Shown piece by piece: positions 25,360 through 39,299 of a stretch of DNA of 64,000 nt. Position 1 is the first letter of the stretch; each line of letters begins with the position of its first letter. This DNA is from Heterodontus francisci (taxonomy: Eukaryota). A model generated the notes under the pieces. The model saw nothing but the letters and a program-made list of their open reading frames with translations. It was not told the DNA's origin and did no database searches. Made by a program: the position numbers and the translations under genes. The stretch is taken from NCBI RefSeq assembly GCF_036365525.1, contig NC_090392.1, forward strand, positions 57,971,247 to 58,035,246, in the 5' to 3' direction.

Positions 25360-26061
25360 CATCAACATGCAATCGTGTTCCAGGTCCACATTTCTCGAAT
25401 GGTGGGTAGACAGTTGGTACCTTCATCTCACAGGTACAATTACTATCAGAGATTTGGAAAGTAACATTTTCAATCTTCAGGAATATAGTACGGCGGCTAA
25501 GAACACCTGCAGCAATGTCAAGGATGCAGGTCGGATTAATGCTTTCACTGAAAATATCAGGGATCCCCGGAGAGCTCTTGTACCAGATTGCACAGATCCA
25601 CAGTGGCGCAGTGGTTAGCACTGTAGCCTCACAGCTCCAGCGACCCGGGTTCAATTCTGGGTACTGCCTGTGTGGAGTTTGCAAGTTTTCCCTGTGTCTG
25701 CGTGGGTTTCCTCTGGGTGCTCCGGTTTCCTCCCACATGCCAAAGACTTGCAGGTTGATAGGTAAATTGGCCATTATAAATTGCCCCAAAGTATAGGTAG
25801 GTGGTAGGGAAATATAGGAACAGGTGGGGATGTGGTAGGAATATGGAATTAGTGTAGGATTAGTATAAATGGGTGGTTGTGGTCAGCACAGACTCGGTGG
25901 GCCGAAGGGCCTGTTTCAGTGCTGTATCTCTAAACTAAACTAAACTAAGATCCAATCACTGTCATTTGCGATGTAATTAAATGTACAGTTTAATGTGACG
26001 GATTTTCCTCGCAGGACGCTGACTAGATGTGGCTGAGTTACCTCCTCAATCACTGGATCAC
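25360..26061 (-). CDS. V-set exon with germline-joined J-like G strand, interrupted by a SINE
   Basis: Acceptor ttccattag|GT at 26061, donor G|gtaaat at 25360. Removing 25601-25954 leaves 348 nt: DPVIEEVTQPHLVSVLRGKSVTLNCTFNYIANDSDWICAIWYKSSPGIPDIFSESINPTCILDIAAGVLSRRTIFLKIENVTFQISDSNCTCEMKVPTVYPPFEKCGPGTRLHVD (B-strand C, C-strand W, F-strand C, GxGTxLxV). Confidence 0.85.
25601..25947 (+). mobile_element. HE1/V-type tRNA SINE inserted in the V exon
   Basis: tRNA-like head, V-core, CR1-like tail and (TAAAC)n end. TSD AGATCCA at 25594-25600 and 25948-25954. Confidence 0.95.
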
Positions 26062-26899
26062 CTAATGGAACAAAATGTATCAATTGCCAATGTAATCTCC
26101 GAACCAATCAGACTGATCTACAAATGATGGAGAAGATTTATTATTTATTTGAAGATGTGTATAATTCACATGTTCACAATTTTGCTATGAAGAGAGGATG
26201 TCTGCAATAAGGAAAATTACAGAGAAAAATATCCTCCAACTCATTTGGTGAATTTAACAGTGTGTAAATGGTAGTGTTAATCCCCTGATTTATTAATGTG
26301 CATTTAGCTTATCTAACTGTGATTAGAATATTCTTGTTTACAGTATATTGCAGTAGTGCAAAAGGGTAGATCCATTAAGTGAGAAGCAGTATCTTCCTGA
26401 TGTGTTGAGTTACTTTAAATAGTGTGTGTTGTGCAGAGGAAGAGATGTATTACCAATAAATGTATTCCAGATGCAGACAGCTCTCAGGTTCAGGGAATTC
26501 AAGTTGTTCCCCTGGCTTGGACAGTATGGAAAGGGTAATATAATAAAAGCAAAATACTGCAGATGCTAGAAATCTGAAATAGAAACAAGAAATGCTGGAA
26601 TACACAGCAGGTCTGGCAGCATCTGTGGAGAGAGAAGCAGAGTTAACGTTTCAGGTCAGTGACCCTTGTTGATCCATCTCTTGTCATTGAAGAATCCCTT
26701 GTAGGGGTGCAGCAATAAATACAACACTGTTTCCATAGGTTTGTAGGCAGGAGAATTTGCCTACAGTGCAAGTCCTGCATACAGATGTTTATGAGGACCA
26801 GATGACCCAGTCTGATGACAGAGAAGCATTTTCCCCACTCCCCTCAGTTATGTGGGTGAGTTATATTCCCACCTACAGCTGGACAAAACTATGTGTCTC

Positions 26900-29800
26900 G
26901 AAAAATTCAATCAAGTCTGTTAGACACGATCTCCCCCTAACAAAGCCATGCTGACTATTCCTGATTAATCCCTGCCTCTCCAAGTGGGGATTAATCCTGT
27001 CCCTCAGACTTTTTCCAATCGTTTCCCAACCACTGATATTAGACTCAGCAGCCTGTAATTACCTGGATTATCCCTGCTACCCTTCTTGAATAATGGTACC
27101 ACATTCGCTGTCCTCCAGTCTTCTGGTACCTCTCCTGTGGCCAGAGAGGATTTGATAATTTTTGTCAGAGCCCCTGCTATCTCCTCCTTTGCCTCACATA
27201 ACAGCCTGGGATACATCTCATCTGGGCCTGGGGATTTATCCACTTTTAAGCCCGTTAAAACAGCGAATACTTCCTCCCTTTCAATGCTAATTTGTTCAAG
27301 TATATCACAATCCGCCTCCCTGATCTCGACACCTACATTGCTCTTCTCCATGGTGACCACAGAGGAAAAGTAATCATTTAAAACCTCACTTATGTTAATG
27401 TTCTGCAAAGGAAACCCGACCGAGCCCAAATGCTGAACCCAGAAGTGCGATCCGACCTGTCCTGATCCCGACACATGTCGTTGGGTCCCGTCGGTGTCGG
27501 GTCGGGTAGTAGGCCTTTACATCAGTACATGGGTATTAGCTGTTTTAGCGTATTCTTAGTAGTTTTAACTAAATTAGAGTTTTAAGGTTAATAAACTTAC
27601 ATCTTTCTTGTGTAAATCTAAGAAAACCTGTCTGGTTGATTTCTTTGCATTATAATTGGAGAGCAGTGAACAAGGATTCACTGAGGGGAAGCTAAAAACA
27701 CCATGTTTTAAAAATTAAGCCATGTTATGGTCAAACCAGGAAAAGGCTCAGAGGGAACCCTTAGATCCCTTTCTCACCTGGTCGTAACATAACACTGAGC
27801 CAACTTTGTATCTTTACTGCCACTTTCCCCTTCATTTCATGGACCTCTATCTTCTGAATAAACTTCCTGCTTGGTACTTTGTCCAATGTCTTCTAAGTTC
27901 CATATATCCAACATCTACTGCATTATTTCAATCAACCTTCTCTGATACCTCATCAAAGAATTCAGTCGAGTTAGTCAGATATGATTTACCTTTAACAAAA
28001 TCATACTCTCAAGTTTCTCCTTGATTAACTTTGATTGCCTTTTCAAACAAAAGTTTATTTTGTCCCTGATTATGGTTTCCAATAATTTCCCTACCACCAA
28101 TGTTAGGCTCACTGACCTGTAGTTTCCTGGTTTATTCCTCTCCCCTTTCTTGAAGAGTGGTATAACATTAGTAACTCTCCAGTCCTCCAACACTATTACC
28201 ATATACAATGAGGATTGTGAAATTGTGACCAATATCTTTGTTGTTTTTACCTTTGATTCTTTCAACAACTTAGGATGGATTCCATCTAGACCAGGTGACT
28301 TACCAACTTTCAGTAATGTTAATCTTTAGTATGTCTTCACTGTTGATTATTATTCTGTCCATAGCCTGTCTTTCCTCTTTTAATGTAAAATTCACATCAT
28401 CTGCTTCCTTTGTGAAGACAGATACAATGTACTCATTTAATACTTTTATCGTGTGCTCCTGCTGTACATGACAGTTTCCTTTTGCGTCCTTAATAGGCCC
28501 AACATTTTCCTTAGCGAACCATTGGCACTTTATGTGTTTATAAAATAGTTTATAGTTCAATTTAATGTTGCCTGCTATTCGTTTCATATAACCTCTCTTT
28601 GCCTCTTGTTTTAACGTTTACAATTCTCTTCTGTGCTTTCTATAATCTTCCTGGTTATTAGTTGAATCTTGCTCCTGACATTTGTCGTGAGCTTCCTTTT
28701 TCTGTTTTATTTTAACTCTTTTTTCTTTGTCATCCAGTGTGCATTATCTTTGGATGTTCTACCTTATGCTTTTAAAGAAATGTACCTCATTTGAAACTAT
28801 CTCTTCGCTGAATGCCCTCCATTTCTGCATGACTGCTGTACCCTGCAATCTCCTTTTCTTATCTACCTGTGCTATGTCCTTTCTGAAATTATTGAAGTTG
28901 GCTCTTCCCCAGTTAAGCATTCGCACTTCTGAAACTTTCTGGTCTCTTTCCATAATTACTTTAAACCTAATTAAGTTGTGGTCACTGTTAGCTAAATGAT
29001 CTCCTATTTTTGCACACTCCCCTTGCCCTACTTCATTTCCTAGAACCAGATCCAACACTGCTTCCTGCTTTATTGGACTGGAGACATATTGATCAATAAA
29101 GTTCTCCTGTGCACATATCAGAAATTCTTCTTTTTCCCCACTCTTGGTACTATGTTTTCTCTCAGTTTATATTAGGGTAATGAAAATCTCCTAATATTAC
29201 CACTCTATTTTTGTTACACACCTTTGAAATTTGCCTACAAATTTGCTCATCTATCTCCTTCTCACTGTTTCGACCTCTATAAAAAAAACTCCCAATAATG
29301 TACCAACTGCCCCTTTGAATCAAGAAACTCAGTCCTAAAACTTGGAGGAAATCCTTTCTATTTAGCGTTGTAACATCTCCTTAATCAACGCTGCCATGCC
29401 CTGTCCTCTTTTTCCTTCTCTATCATTCCCGAATACTTGGTAACCAGGAATATCAAGAACCTATTCCTAGCCTTGTTTGAATCATATAGCAATTCATGCC
29501 TGCAGCTCATCAACCTTAATAGTTACACATTAATGTGCATACAATTTAATACCTCCTTCATCACTTTTGCTATTTTCCTCAGTCTGGTCCCTGCAATTTT
29601 TGGAATATTTCAAATGTTACTGCTGATTATATCACTCTGACCGTGATCTAATTTCTGCTCCTTTCTGCTAATTTCTGGTCCCCCCACCCCCTGCCAAATT
29701 AGTTTAAACTCTCTCCAACAGTACTAGTTACCGTCTCAGTGAGAACATTGGTCCTGGCTTTGTTCAGGTGGAATCCAACCATCTTGAACAGGTGTCCCAT

Positions 29801-31120
29801 CCCCCAGAACCAGTACCTATGTCCAAATACACTTCCTCTTGCACCACATCTCCAGCCACGCATTTACATGCACTATCATCCTGTTTCTATACTCTACCAA
29901 AACTGAGAATAATCCTGAGATTACTATCTTTGAGGTCCTGTTTATAATCTTTCCTAGCTACTGAAATTGTGCCTGAAGGACCTCAAAATCTTTTTTACCT
30001 ATGTCATTGGCTCCAATGTGGACTATGACTTCAGGCTGTTTCTGTTCTTCTAGAAGAATATCCTTCACACGTTCAGTGATACCCTTTACCCTGGTACCTG
30101 GGAGACAACAGACCATTCGGGAATCATGATTGTTGTTGCAGAACAGCCTTTCTATGCCCCTTACTACGGATACACCTACGACTACTACATTTCAACTATT
30201 TCCTATTCCTTTGTCTGCAGGCAAATTTTCCATGCTTACTACATTCCTCCAGGGAATCTTCACCCTCTCCTGTATTCAAAATGAAAAGTGGTTAGCGAGT
30301 GCCACTGGCTTGGCAGATTCCTGCACACTACTTGTGTCTTCCCCCTACCAGAAACACAGAATCACAGAATCGTTACAGCACAGAAAGAGGCCATTTGGCC
30401 CATCGTGTCTGTGCTGGTTCTCTGAAGGAGCAATTCACCTAGTGCCACTCCTCCGTCTTCTCCCTGTAGCCCTGCACATTCTTCCTTTTCAGATAGCAAC
30501 CCAATTCCCTCTTGAATGTCTTGATTGAACCTGCCTCCACCACACTTTCAAGTAGTGCATTCCAGCTCCTAACCACTTGCTGCGTGAAATGTTTTTCCTC
30601 ATGTCGCCATTGCTTCTTTAGCCAATTACCTTAAACCAGTGCCCTCTTATTCTCAATCCTTCCATCAATGAGAACAGTTTTTCCCTATCTACTCTATACA
30701 GACCTCTCCTGATTTTGAACACCACTAACAAATCTGCTCTCAACCTTCTCTTCTCAAAGGAAAAAGTCCCAACTTCACCAACCTAACCACATAACTGTAG
30801 TTCCTCATCCCTGAAACCATGCTCATGAACCTTTTCTGCACCCCCTCTCTAATGCCTTCACATCTTTCCCTATGTGTTGGTCACCCATTATCTCACCCCC
30901 GTACCTTCTGCAGCTGTGTGGTGACAGCAGCCTTGAACATATTCTGCAGAGCTACTCTCAGATGCACTGCAGCAATTCCAGCCACTTCTCAAGTTCTGAG
31001 CATGAGCTCGAGCAACTGGTGGCACTTGCTGCACATGTGGTTATCCAGGATGCATGAAGTGGCCTGGAGTTCCTGCATAGAACAGGATATGAGTGCAATG
31101 GGTTCCAGCTGGCCTACCAT
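26900..31120 (-). mobile_element. Nested CR1 remnants (RT fragment 26900-27390; old long CR1 27800-31120 with a CR1 3' piece at 30350-30870)
   Basis: KSPGPD..EDWRTANVVPLFKKG, LDLVLGNE..SDHN, and decayed ORF1 similar to 5700-6340. Confidence 0.8.
27530..27789 (+). mobile_element. Gypsy LTR 3' fragment
   Basis: Near-identical to ~59095-59340 and ends ctcacctggtcgtaaca. Confidence 0.85.
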
Positions 31121-32510
31121 GGTAGTCAATTTACTGACCACTAACACTGAAATCTAAAAAGCTAGCATCTACAACACTGAGATATTGATCTATAAAATTC
31201 TAAGAAACTGACCACTGAAAAACTGAATGCTAAAATAGTACTCAGTTAATAAAAGGCACTGGAGATTATACCTATCAATCTAAAACACAATGGGAATCAT
31301 AATCAAGTGCATTTCAATGGTGAAAAATGAACAATTTAAACAAACTAAGACTTGCCTTTAACCCTCCAATCTGTTCACTCCATGGCAGTGACATCACTTT
31401 TGAGAATTTCTATTTTTTTAATTTCTGCTTTCAACATGATGTGCTTTAACTCTGCCTGATCACTCTCAGTGACTCTCCTCCGCCGGTTCTCCTGTTTTTT
31501 CTCTGTTGTCCTCTTGCGCTGTTTTCTCTCAGGCTTACTCTCTCTGCTCTCACTATTTAAGGTCAACTAATTCAAAATAAAGTCTTTGCTGAAAGAGTGG
31601 GCCGGGGGCTTCAAGTGATTGCCTTCGCTGAAGTAGAGGATAAAAAAAATCTATCGCCACACAAGACGATTTCATCCATATGTGTCTTTCTGGTTATATT
31701 ACCAACAATTTTCCACCAAGATATAAATATTATTATTGTTGTTGAGAATGTTCCTAACTTCATAAAATAACCATGTTAGGACTCTGGGTACATAAAGTCC
31801 CTAAAATTCGAATGGATTGTTCAAGTCTCCTACTTTGTCTCCGATGGGAGACTGATGGAATTCCAAGAGAAAAAAAAATTGCTTTATTCAACCATTTACA
31901 CTGTTTCTCTGAGGTTTTAGCAGAATTACAGCAGGAGATCCTTTGGAATTTCATTATTATCTCACCCATTCTGCATTATCTGAATCATCTAATACCACGT
32001 TTTTTAAGAAGACAGTAACTTATACATGACAGACATCTTGGGGTTTTAAATTGTACCCTACAACATTTTCTTTTTAATATTTGTGGCTGTAAGTCACCAC
32101 AAATGTTAATTTGTAAACTTAAAGAATGATGTAGCAAGACACAATTGTTTTATCAATCTGTTTTGTTTAAACTGTAACACTGATGATGGATTAAACCACT
32201 GATCAATACATGTTGATAGATTTTTGTTGCATAAGTGCATCAAAGGATATGGAGAAAAGGCAGATAAATGAAATAGAGTTGCAGATCAGCCAGGATCTAA
32301 TAGAATGATATTTGTATAGATTTGAAGGGTTGAATGGCCTACTCCTGTTCCCATGTCAATGTATAATTACACTATCAATTTTACATCAAAAGAGAAATGA
32401 TTTTAGAGTGTAACAGCACAAAAATAGATTGGTTTGGATGAGCAATCTGACTGCCTATCAAACTAAACAAGAATTGAAACACGTCAGTCAGTAGTCACAG
32501 ACTGTTTGGA

Positions 32511-35500
32511 CACAAGAACACAAGAAATAGGAGCAGGAGTAGGCCATTCAGCCCCTCGAACCTGCCCCGCCATTCAATAAGATCATGGCTGATCTGTCCC
32601 AGGCCTCAACTTCTCTTTCTGGCCTGCTCGGCATAACCCTCAACTCCCCGAGATTTCAAAAATCTATCTACCTCCTTTTTAAATATTTTTAGTGATCTAG
32701 CCTCCACAATTCTCTGGGGTAGAGAATTCCAGAGATTCACCACCCTATGAGAGAAGAAATTCCATTGCATCTCAGTTTTAAATGTGTGACCCCTTATACT
32801 GTAACTATATCTCCTAGTTCGAGATTCCCCCACCAGTGGAAACATATTCTTAACATCTACCCTGTCAAGCCCCCTTAGAATCTTATATGTTTCAATAAGA
32901 TCACTTTTCATTCTTCTAAACTCCAATGAATAAAGGCCTAACCTGTTTAGCCATTCTTGATAAGAGAACCCCTTCATCCCAGGAATCAGCCTAGTGAATC
33001 CTTTCTGAACTGCCTTCAATGCCAGTATATCCTTCCTTAAATACAGGGACCAAAACTGTACACAGTACTCCAGATGTGGCCTCACCAATACCCTGTACAG
33101 TTGTAATAAGACTTCCATATTTTTAAACTCTAACCCCCTAGCAATCAAAACCAAAATTCCATTTACCTTTCTAATTACCTGTTGCACCTTAGAGATACAG
33201 CACTGAAACAGGCCCTTCGGCCCACCGTCTGTGCCGACCATCAACCACCCATTTATACTAATCCTACACTAATTCCATATTCCTACCACATCCCCACCTG
33301 TCCCTATATTTCCCTACCACCTACCTAAACTAGGGGCAATTTATAATGGCCAATTAACCTATCAACCAGCAAGTCTTTGGCATGTGGGAGGAAACCGGAG
33401 CACCCTGAGGAAACCCACGCAGACACAGGGAGAACTTGCAAACTCCACACAGGCAGTACCCAGAATTGAACCCGGGTCGCTGGAGCTGTGAGGCTGCGGT
33501 GCTAACCACTGCGCCACTGTGCCGCCCACTGTGCATGCTGACTTTTTGTGTTTCCTGTACAAGAACACCCAGATCCCTCTGTACTGCAGTGTTTTGGAGT
33601 CTTTTTCCATCTAAATAATAATCTGCCTTTTTATTCTTCCTACCAAAGTGGATTACCTCACACTTTCCTACATTGAACACTATCTGCCAAGTTTTTGTCC
33701 ACTCCCTTAACCTATCTATATCCCCTTGCAGATTCTTTGTGTCCTAATCACAACATGCCTTCCCACCTATTTTTGTATCATCAGCAAATTTGGATACTCT
33801 ACACTCTGTCCCTTCCTCCAAGTCATTAATATTGATAGTAAATAGTTCAGGTCCTCGGACTGCTCCTTGTGTCACCCCACTAGTTACGGCTTTCCAACCT
33901 GAAAAAGACCCACTGATCCCGACTCTCTGCCTTCTGTGTGTTAGCCAATCTTCAATCCATGCCAACACATTACCCCCAATACCCTGAGCTCTTATTTTGT
34001 GTAATAACCTTTTATGTGGTACCTTATCGAACAGAATCACAGAATAAGACAGTGCAGAAGAGGCCCTTCGGCCCATCGAGTCTGCACCGATGCATTAAAG
34101 ACACCTGACCTGTCTACCTAATCCCATTTTCCAGCACTTGGCCCATAGCCTTGAATGTTATGACATGCCAAGTGCTCATCCAGGTACTTTTTAAAGGCTG
34201 TGAGGCAACCCGCCTCTACTACCCTCCCAGGCAGTGCATTCCAAACTGACACAACCCTCTGGGTAAAAAAGTTCTTCCTCAAATCCCCCTTAAATCTCCT
34301 GCCCCTCATCTTAAACTTGTGTCCCCTAGTAACTGCCCCTTCAACTAAGGGGAACAGCTGCTCCCTATCCACCCTGTCCATGCCCCTCATAATCTTGTAC
34401 ACCTCGATCAGGTCACCCCTCAGTCTTCTCTGCTCCAGCGAAAACAACCCCAGCCTATCCAACCTCTCTTCACAGCTTAAATGTTCCATCCCAGGCATCA
34501 TCCTGGTGAATCACCTCTGCACCCCCTCCAGTGCAATCACATCCTTCCAATAATGTGGCGACCAGAATTGCACACAGTACTCTAGCTGTGGCCTTACCAA
34601 AGTTCTATACAACTCCAACATGACCTCCCTCCTTTTGTAACCTATGCCTCGATTGATAAAGGCTAGTGTCCCATATGCCTTTTTCACCACCCTATTAACC
34701 TGCCCTTCTGCCTTCAGAGAACGCCTTCTGAAAATCCAAATACATTACATCTACTGGTTCCCCTTTATCCTCTCTGTTTGTTATATCCTCAAAGAACTCT
34801 AACAAATTTGTCAAACATGATTTCCCTTTCATAAAACCATGTTGGCTCTGCTTGATTGCATTATGTTTTTTTTAAATGTCCTGTTATTTCTTCCTTAATA
34901 ATGGACTAGCATTTTCCCAATGACAGATGTTAAGCTAACTGGTCTATAGTTTCCTGCTTTCTGTCTCCCTCCTTTCTTGAATAGGGGCGTCACATTAGCA
35001 GTTTTCCAATCTGCTGGTACCCTACCGGAATCCAGTGAGTTTTGGTATATTATGACCAATGCCTCTACTATCTCTGCAGCCACTTCTTTTAAAACCCTTG
35101 GATGCAGGCTATCAGGTCCTGGCGACTTGTCTGTCTTTAGTCCCATCAGTTTTTCCAGTACCTTTTCCCTCATGATAGAGATTGTTACAAGTTCCTCCCT
35201 CCCATTTACACCTTGCTCATCTATTATTATTGGGATGTTTATAGTATCCTCCACCGTGAAGACCGATGCAAAATATTGGTTAAATTATCTGCCATTTCCC
35301 TGTTCCCGGTTATTAATTCCCCAGTCTCATCCTCTAAGCGTCCCACATTTACTTTAGCTACTCTCTTCCTTTTTATATACCTGTAGAAGCTCTTACTGTT
35401 TGCTTTTATATTTCTTGCCAAATTACTCTCAATCAATTTTCTCTCTCAATTAGTTTTTCAGTCATCCACTGCTGGTTTCTAAAAAATTCCCAATCCTCTG

Positions 35501-36350
35501 GCCTACCACCACTTTTCGCCACTTTATACGCCTTTGTTTTTGATTTGATATTCTCCTTAATTTCCTTTGTTATCCACGGGTGGTTCATCGTTTTCTTCGA
35601 GTCCTTCCTTCTGATTGGAATAAATGTTTTCTGAGTGTTATGAAACATCTGCTTAAAAGTCTGCCACTGCTCATCGACTGACTTCGCCTGTAGTCTATTT
35701 TCCCAGCCTGCTTTAGACAACTCTTTCTTCATACCTCTGTAATCGCCCTTGTTTAAGTTGAAGACACTGGTTGAGACCCGAGTTCCTCACCCTCAAACTG
35801 AATTTGAAATTCTACTGTGTTATGATCGCTTCCCCCAGAGGATCCTTAACTATGAGATCTCTTCTTAATCCTAAATCATTACACATTACCAAGTCTAAAA
35901 TAGCCTGTTCCCAGGTAGGTTCTGCAACGTATTGTTCTGAGAAACAATTCTACAAATTTGTCTTCCATGCTACCCTTGCCAATTTGATTTGTCCAGTCAA
36001 TATGCCGATTAAAATCACCCATGATAATTGCAGTGCCCTTTTTACATGCCTCCATTATTTCCTGATTAATATTTTGTCCTACAGAGAGGCAAATCATCGG
36101 GGGCCTATAGACCACTCCCACCCGTGATTTCTTCCCCTTGCTATTCCTTATTTCCACACAAACTGTTTCTACATTATGATCTATTGCACCTATATCATTA
36201 CTCACAACTGCATTGATCCCTTCCTTTAATAATAAAGCTACCCCACCTCCTTCTCCTTTCTGCCTATCCTTCCGGAACATCGAATATCCTTGAACATTGA
36301 GATTCCAGTCTGGGTCATCCTGCAACCACGTCTCTGTGATAGTTATCAAA
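32511..36350 (-). mobile_element. CR1 LINE ORF2 (endonuclease and RT) with a nested SINE and a nested CR1 3' fragment (~34030-34720)
   Basis: ITETWL..GGGVAL..YRPP..MGDFN endonuclease motifs, RT motifs, and 3' tail at 32511. Confidence 0.92.
33190..33527 (-). mobile_element. HE1/V-type SINE nested in CR1
   Basis: Full-length match to the other copies. Confidence 0.9.
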
Positions 36351-36474
36351 TCATATTTATTTATTTTTATCTGCTGTCACTTTAAATTGAACAGATATAT
36401 GTAGAACATGCTCCTTGAAACTAAGTCAATTATGTTAAACAAAAATAATCAAGAGTATCAATAGAAGTAATTAC

Positions 36475-36813
36475 CCAACACATTTTGCCTGTTTGATTCA
36501 GTTTCTCCATTGCTGGCGTTAAAATGAACCAAAGGCGAGTTATTATCCACCGCGCCAAGCACTGGCCGCAAATAGCTTACGGAGACCTGCTCAATGAAGG
36601 ATATGCCGTACTTCCGAAAATACCACCACTCAAATATCTGATGGTGCAAGTGCAAAGAACTGTCTACCTGCAAATCAGTTCCAACACAAATAGAAACAAA
36701 CTGCTGGGATGGTCTATACATCACGTACAATTCAAAGCCAGGGCAATGTAACAGTTTGGCAAACTTGTCACCTCACCAGCTCCTTGCCACTGTCTTTGGG
36801 GATTCATTAGAAA
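36475..36813 (-). pseudogene. Possible degenerate Ig-like exon
   Basis: 339-nt phase 1-1 segment (ttacttcag|TT ... G|gtaatt) with one stop in the main frame. V-like fragments in shifting frames (QTVTLPW; SFIEQVSVS..GQCL). Confidence 0.35.
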
Positions 36814-37269
36814 CTGAAGTAATGCTCGGATTAGAAAAAAGTAAACATAACACCAATATTTAAAAGGGTCCAGCCAGGTGAAACATCGATTTTAAAGGTT
36901 CTCAGGCCTTTCATTGAATCGACTAGGACCTTCAGAAACATTTTTCTAAAATCTTGTTAATGTCTTGAAGATGTTGGCTACCCTGCCCTTGCTCTTATAA
37001 TGTTAAGATCAGCCATGATCTCATTGAATGGCAGAACAGGCTCGAGGGACTAAATGGACACCTGTTCTTATGTTAAATATGAATCATCCATGAACAGAGC
37101 CCTGTGCATGCATTCAAGCATATGTGCACACAGCTCCAGTGTAATGAATTTACAATGTGAAGTGCAGTCAGCAGTGTATCTCAGATCTGTTAGCTAATCA
37201 TCACACCCGATAGATAATAGTTTGAGTGCTATGTGTGGTATTCCAGCACCCTCTAATGTTAACTATATA

Positions 37270-37626
37270 AACAATTGTCTAATTGTAAATTTCTAGTCAG
37301 TCCTGTTTCATCTACAACCAGGACATTGATTATCATCATCACACATTGTAAATATAATGAGTCTTGGATACAAACAGTATCACATTTCAACAATCCAACA
37401 CAGCTGCGATAAAAACACTTCAATGTCAGAAATGTAGCTAATGCTATTCCCCTTTAAGATAGGTGGCAGCATAATTGTTAGTTGTTATGTCATGGTCAAA
37501 GTAAAGCCCCTGTATCAGTCTGTGTGGATCCAGTCAGTATATTTAAATATACAGTTCAATGTGATGAACTGAAATCTCAAGGCCACTGACTAGACGCTGT
37601 AAAGACACCGCCCCAATAAGGGACAC
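37270..37626 (-). pseudogene. Decayed paralogous V exon (copy 1)
   Basis: Same acceptor (ttccattag|GT) and visible nucleotide similarity to the 26061 V exon. Encodes ITLNCIFKYTDWIHTD*YRG with frameshifts. 3' end approximate. Confidence 0.7.
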
Positions 37627-39299
37627 CTAATGGAATAACGTGTCTCGTCTGCTGAGCATAACCTGAGATCTAATCACACACTTTTACCTGTGGTATTATA
37701 AAGAAAACCCATTTCAACAAAATGAAAGAAAAAGCAAGGAACATCATGAGCACATGGGGGGTGGGGGGGGGGGGGGGGGGGGGCGTGGTGCGGGGGCAGA
37801 ATTTTAACCTGGAAGAGCATGAGGGTTTGGTGCAGGTGAAGTTTAAAACCAGCGTAAATTTGAGCACGTCAGAAGCCAGCTCCAACCTGCCAACTTCCAC
37901 ATTTGACTCCAGCATGTGAGGCAGCTTGCACATAACCCTCTTGGGAGTATTGAGTTACCTATTAACATATGGTAATTGCTCAATTGGAGTGACATTTCAA
38001 CTCACTTTCAAATTTAATGGTGCATCCATGCATTGCCTGATCTTCCTGAAACTTATCATTGAAAACAAAATGAGAACACAACAGCAATTGAAGGGGGTGA
38101 TTAAAACTCATGAAAATACTACAATGAATAATCAGTACACCCAGCTGCTTTCTTATCTACTAGTCAGAAAAGGTTTGTTCATGGCGTTTTTACTGAGAGT
38201 TTTATTTCTACACTTTGGGGGTTTTCTGAATTCAAACAGGATGGCACCTCAGCAACTTTAGATTGGACCTCAGACATAGAGAAATACTAGGAGTATCAGC
38301 AGCAGCATGCTGTTAAAAGACAGCATCTAGACATCAGAGAGGGGAGCAGCAGAGGGGTGCTGCTTGCAGGAGGCACTAGCCACAACATAGAGTATACAGG
38401 AAGAGGCTGGGTTTTTGATATACATTTTTATTTAATATTTGTGGCTGTAAGTCACCACAGATGTTAATTTGTAAACTTTAAGAATGATGTAGCAAGAAAC
38501 AATTGTTTTATCAATCCATGTTTTGTTTAAACTGTAACATTGATGATGGATTAAGCCACTGATCAATACATGTTCACCAATTTTTGTTGCGTAAGAGCAT
38601 CAAAGGATATGTAGAAAAGGCAGATAAATGGAGTCAAGTTGCAGATCAGCCAGGATCCAATAGAATGACAATTCTACAGATTTGAAGGGCTGAATGGCCT
38701 ACTCCTGCTCCTATGTCAACGTATAATTATACTATCAATTTTACATCAAAACAGCACAAAAATAGAAGTATAATTTTGGTATAGATAAGCAATCTGACTC
38801 CCTAATGAACAATACAAGAACTGAAACACTGCAGTCAGTAGTCACAGACTGTTTGGAGTTTACCTGAGTTGCAGTATAACTCCAGCCAGGTGAAACATCT
38901 ATTGAAAAGGTTCCCAGGCCTTTCATTGAATCTCCTGGGAACTTCAGAAACATCTTTCTAAAATCTTGTTAATGTTTGAAGATGTTGGCTACCCTGCCAT
39001 TGCTCTTATAATGTTAAGATCAGCCATGATCTCATTGAATGGCAGAACAGGGTCGAGGGACTAAATGGCCTACTCCTGTTTGTATGCTCCTTTGTTAAAT
39101 ATGAATCATCCATGAACAGAGCTTTGTGCATGCATTCAAGCATATGTGCACACAGCTCCAGTGTAATCAATTTACAATGTGAGGTGCAGTCAGCAGTGTA
39201 TCTCAGATCTGCTTGTTGATCATCACACCCTATAGCTAACAGTTTGAGTGCTACATGTGGTATTCCAGCACCCTCTAATATTAACGACATAAACAATTG

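Noticed and set aside
25599-25605. CACAGTG RSS-heptamer inside the V exon
   Set aside because: It is the 5' end of the SINE (present in other SINE copies), and no nonamer was seen at 12/23 spacing.
20533-26061. Calling the gene a Siglec/CD22/MAG, SIRP or rearranging Ig/TCR segment
   Set aside because: The V domain has the canonical F-strand Cys and no Siglec F-strand Arg. The third domain is C2/I, not the C1 of SIRP. The V exon ends in a splice donor with J already joined and no RSS was seen. No gene symbol is supportable.
26453-26515. Alternative leader-like exon ending TFI-G|gtaata just upstream of the V
   Set aside because: No in-frame ATG and weak hydrophobicity; the 45470-45527 exon is a much better leader.
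27400-27520. CCCGA-repeat segment resembling a hAT transposon end
   Set aside because: Only one short terminus, with no partner TIR or TSD; too little to call.
31570-31980. Possible further decayed V exon (EQSIRILGTLC..IL*)
   Set aside because: Many stops, no convincing conserved Cys pair and no clear donor; indistinguishable from noise by eye.
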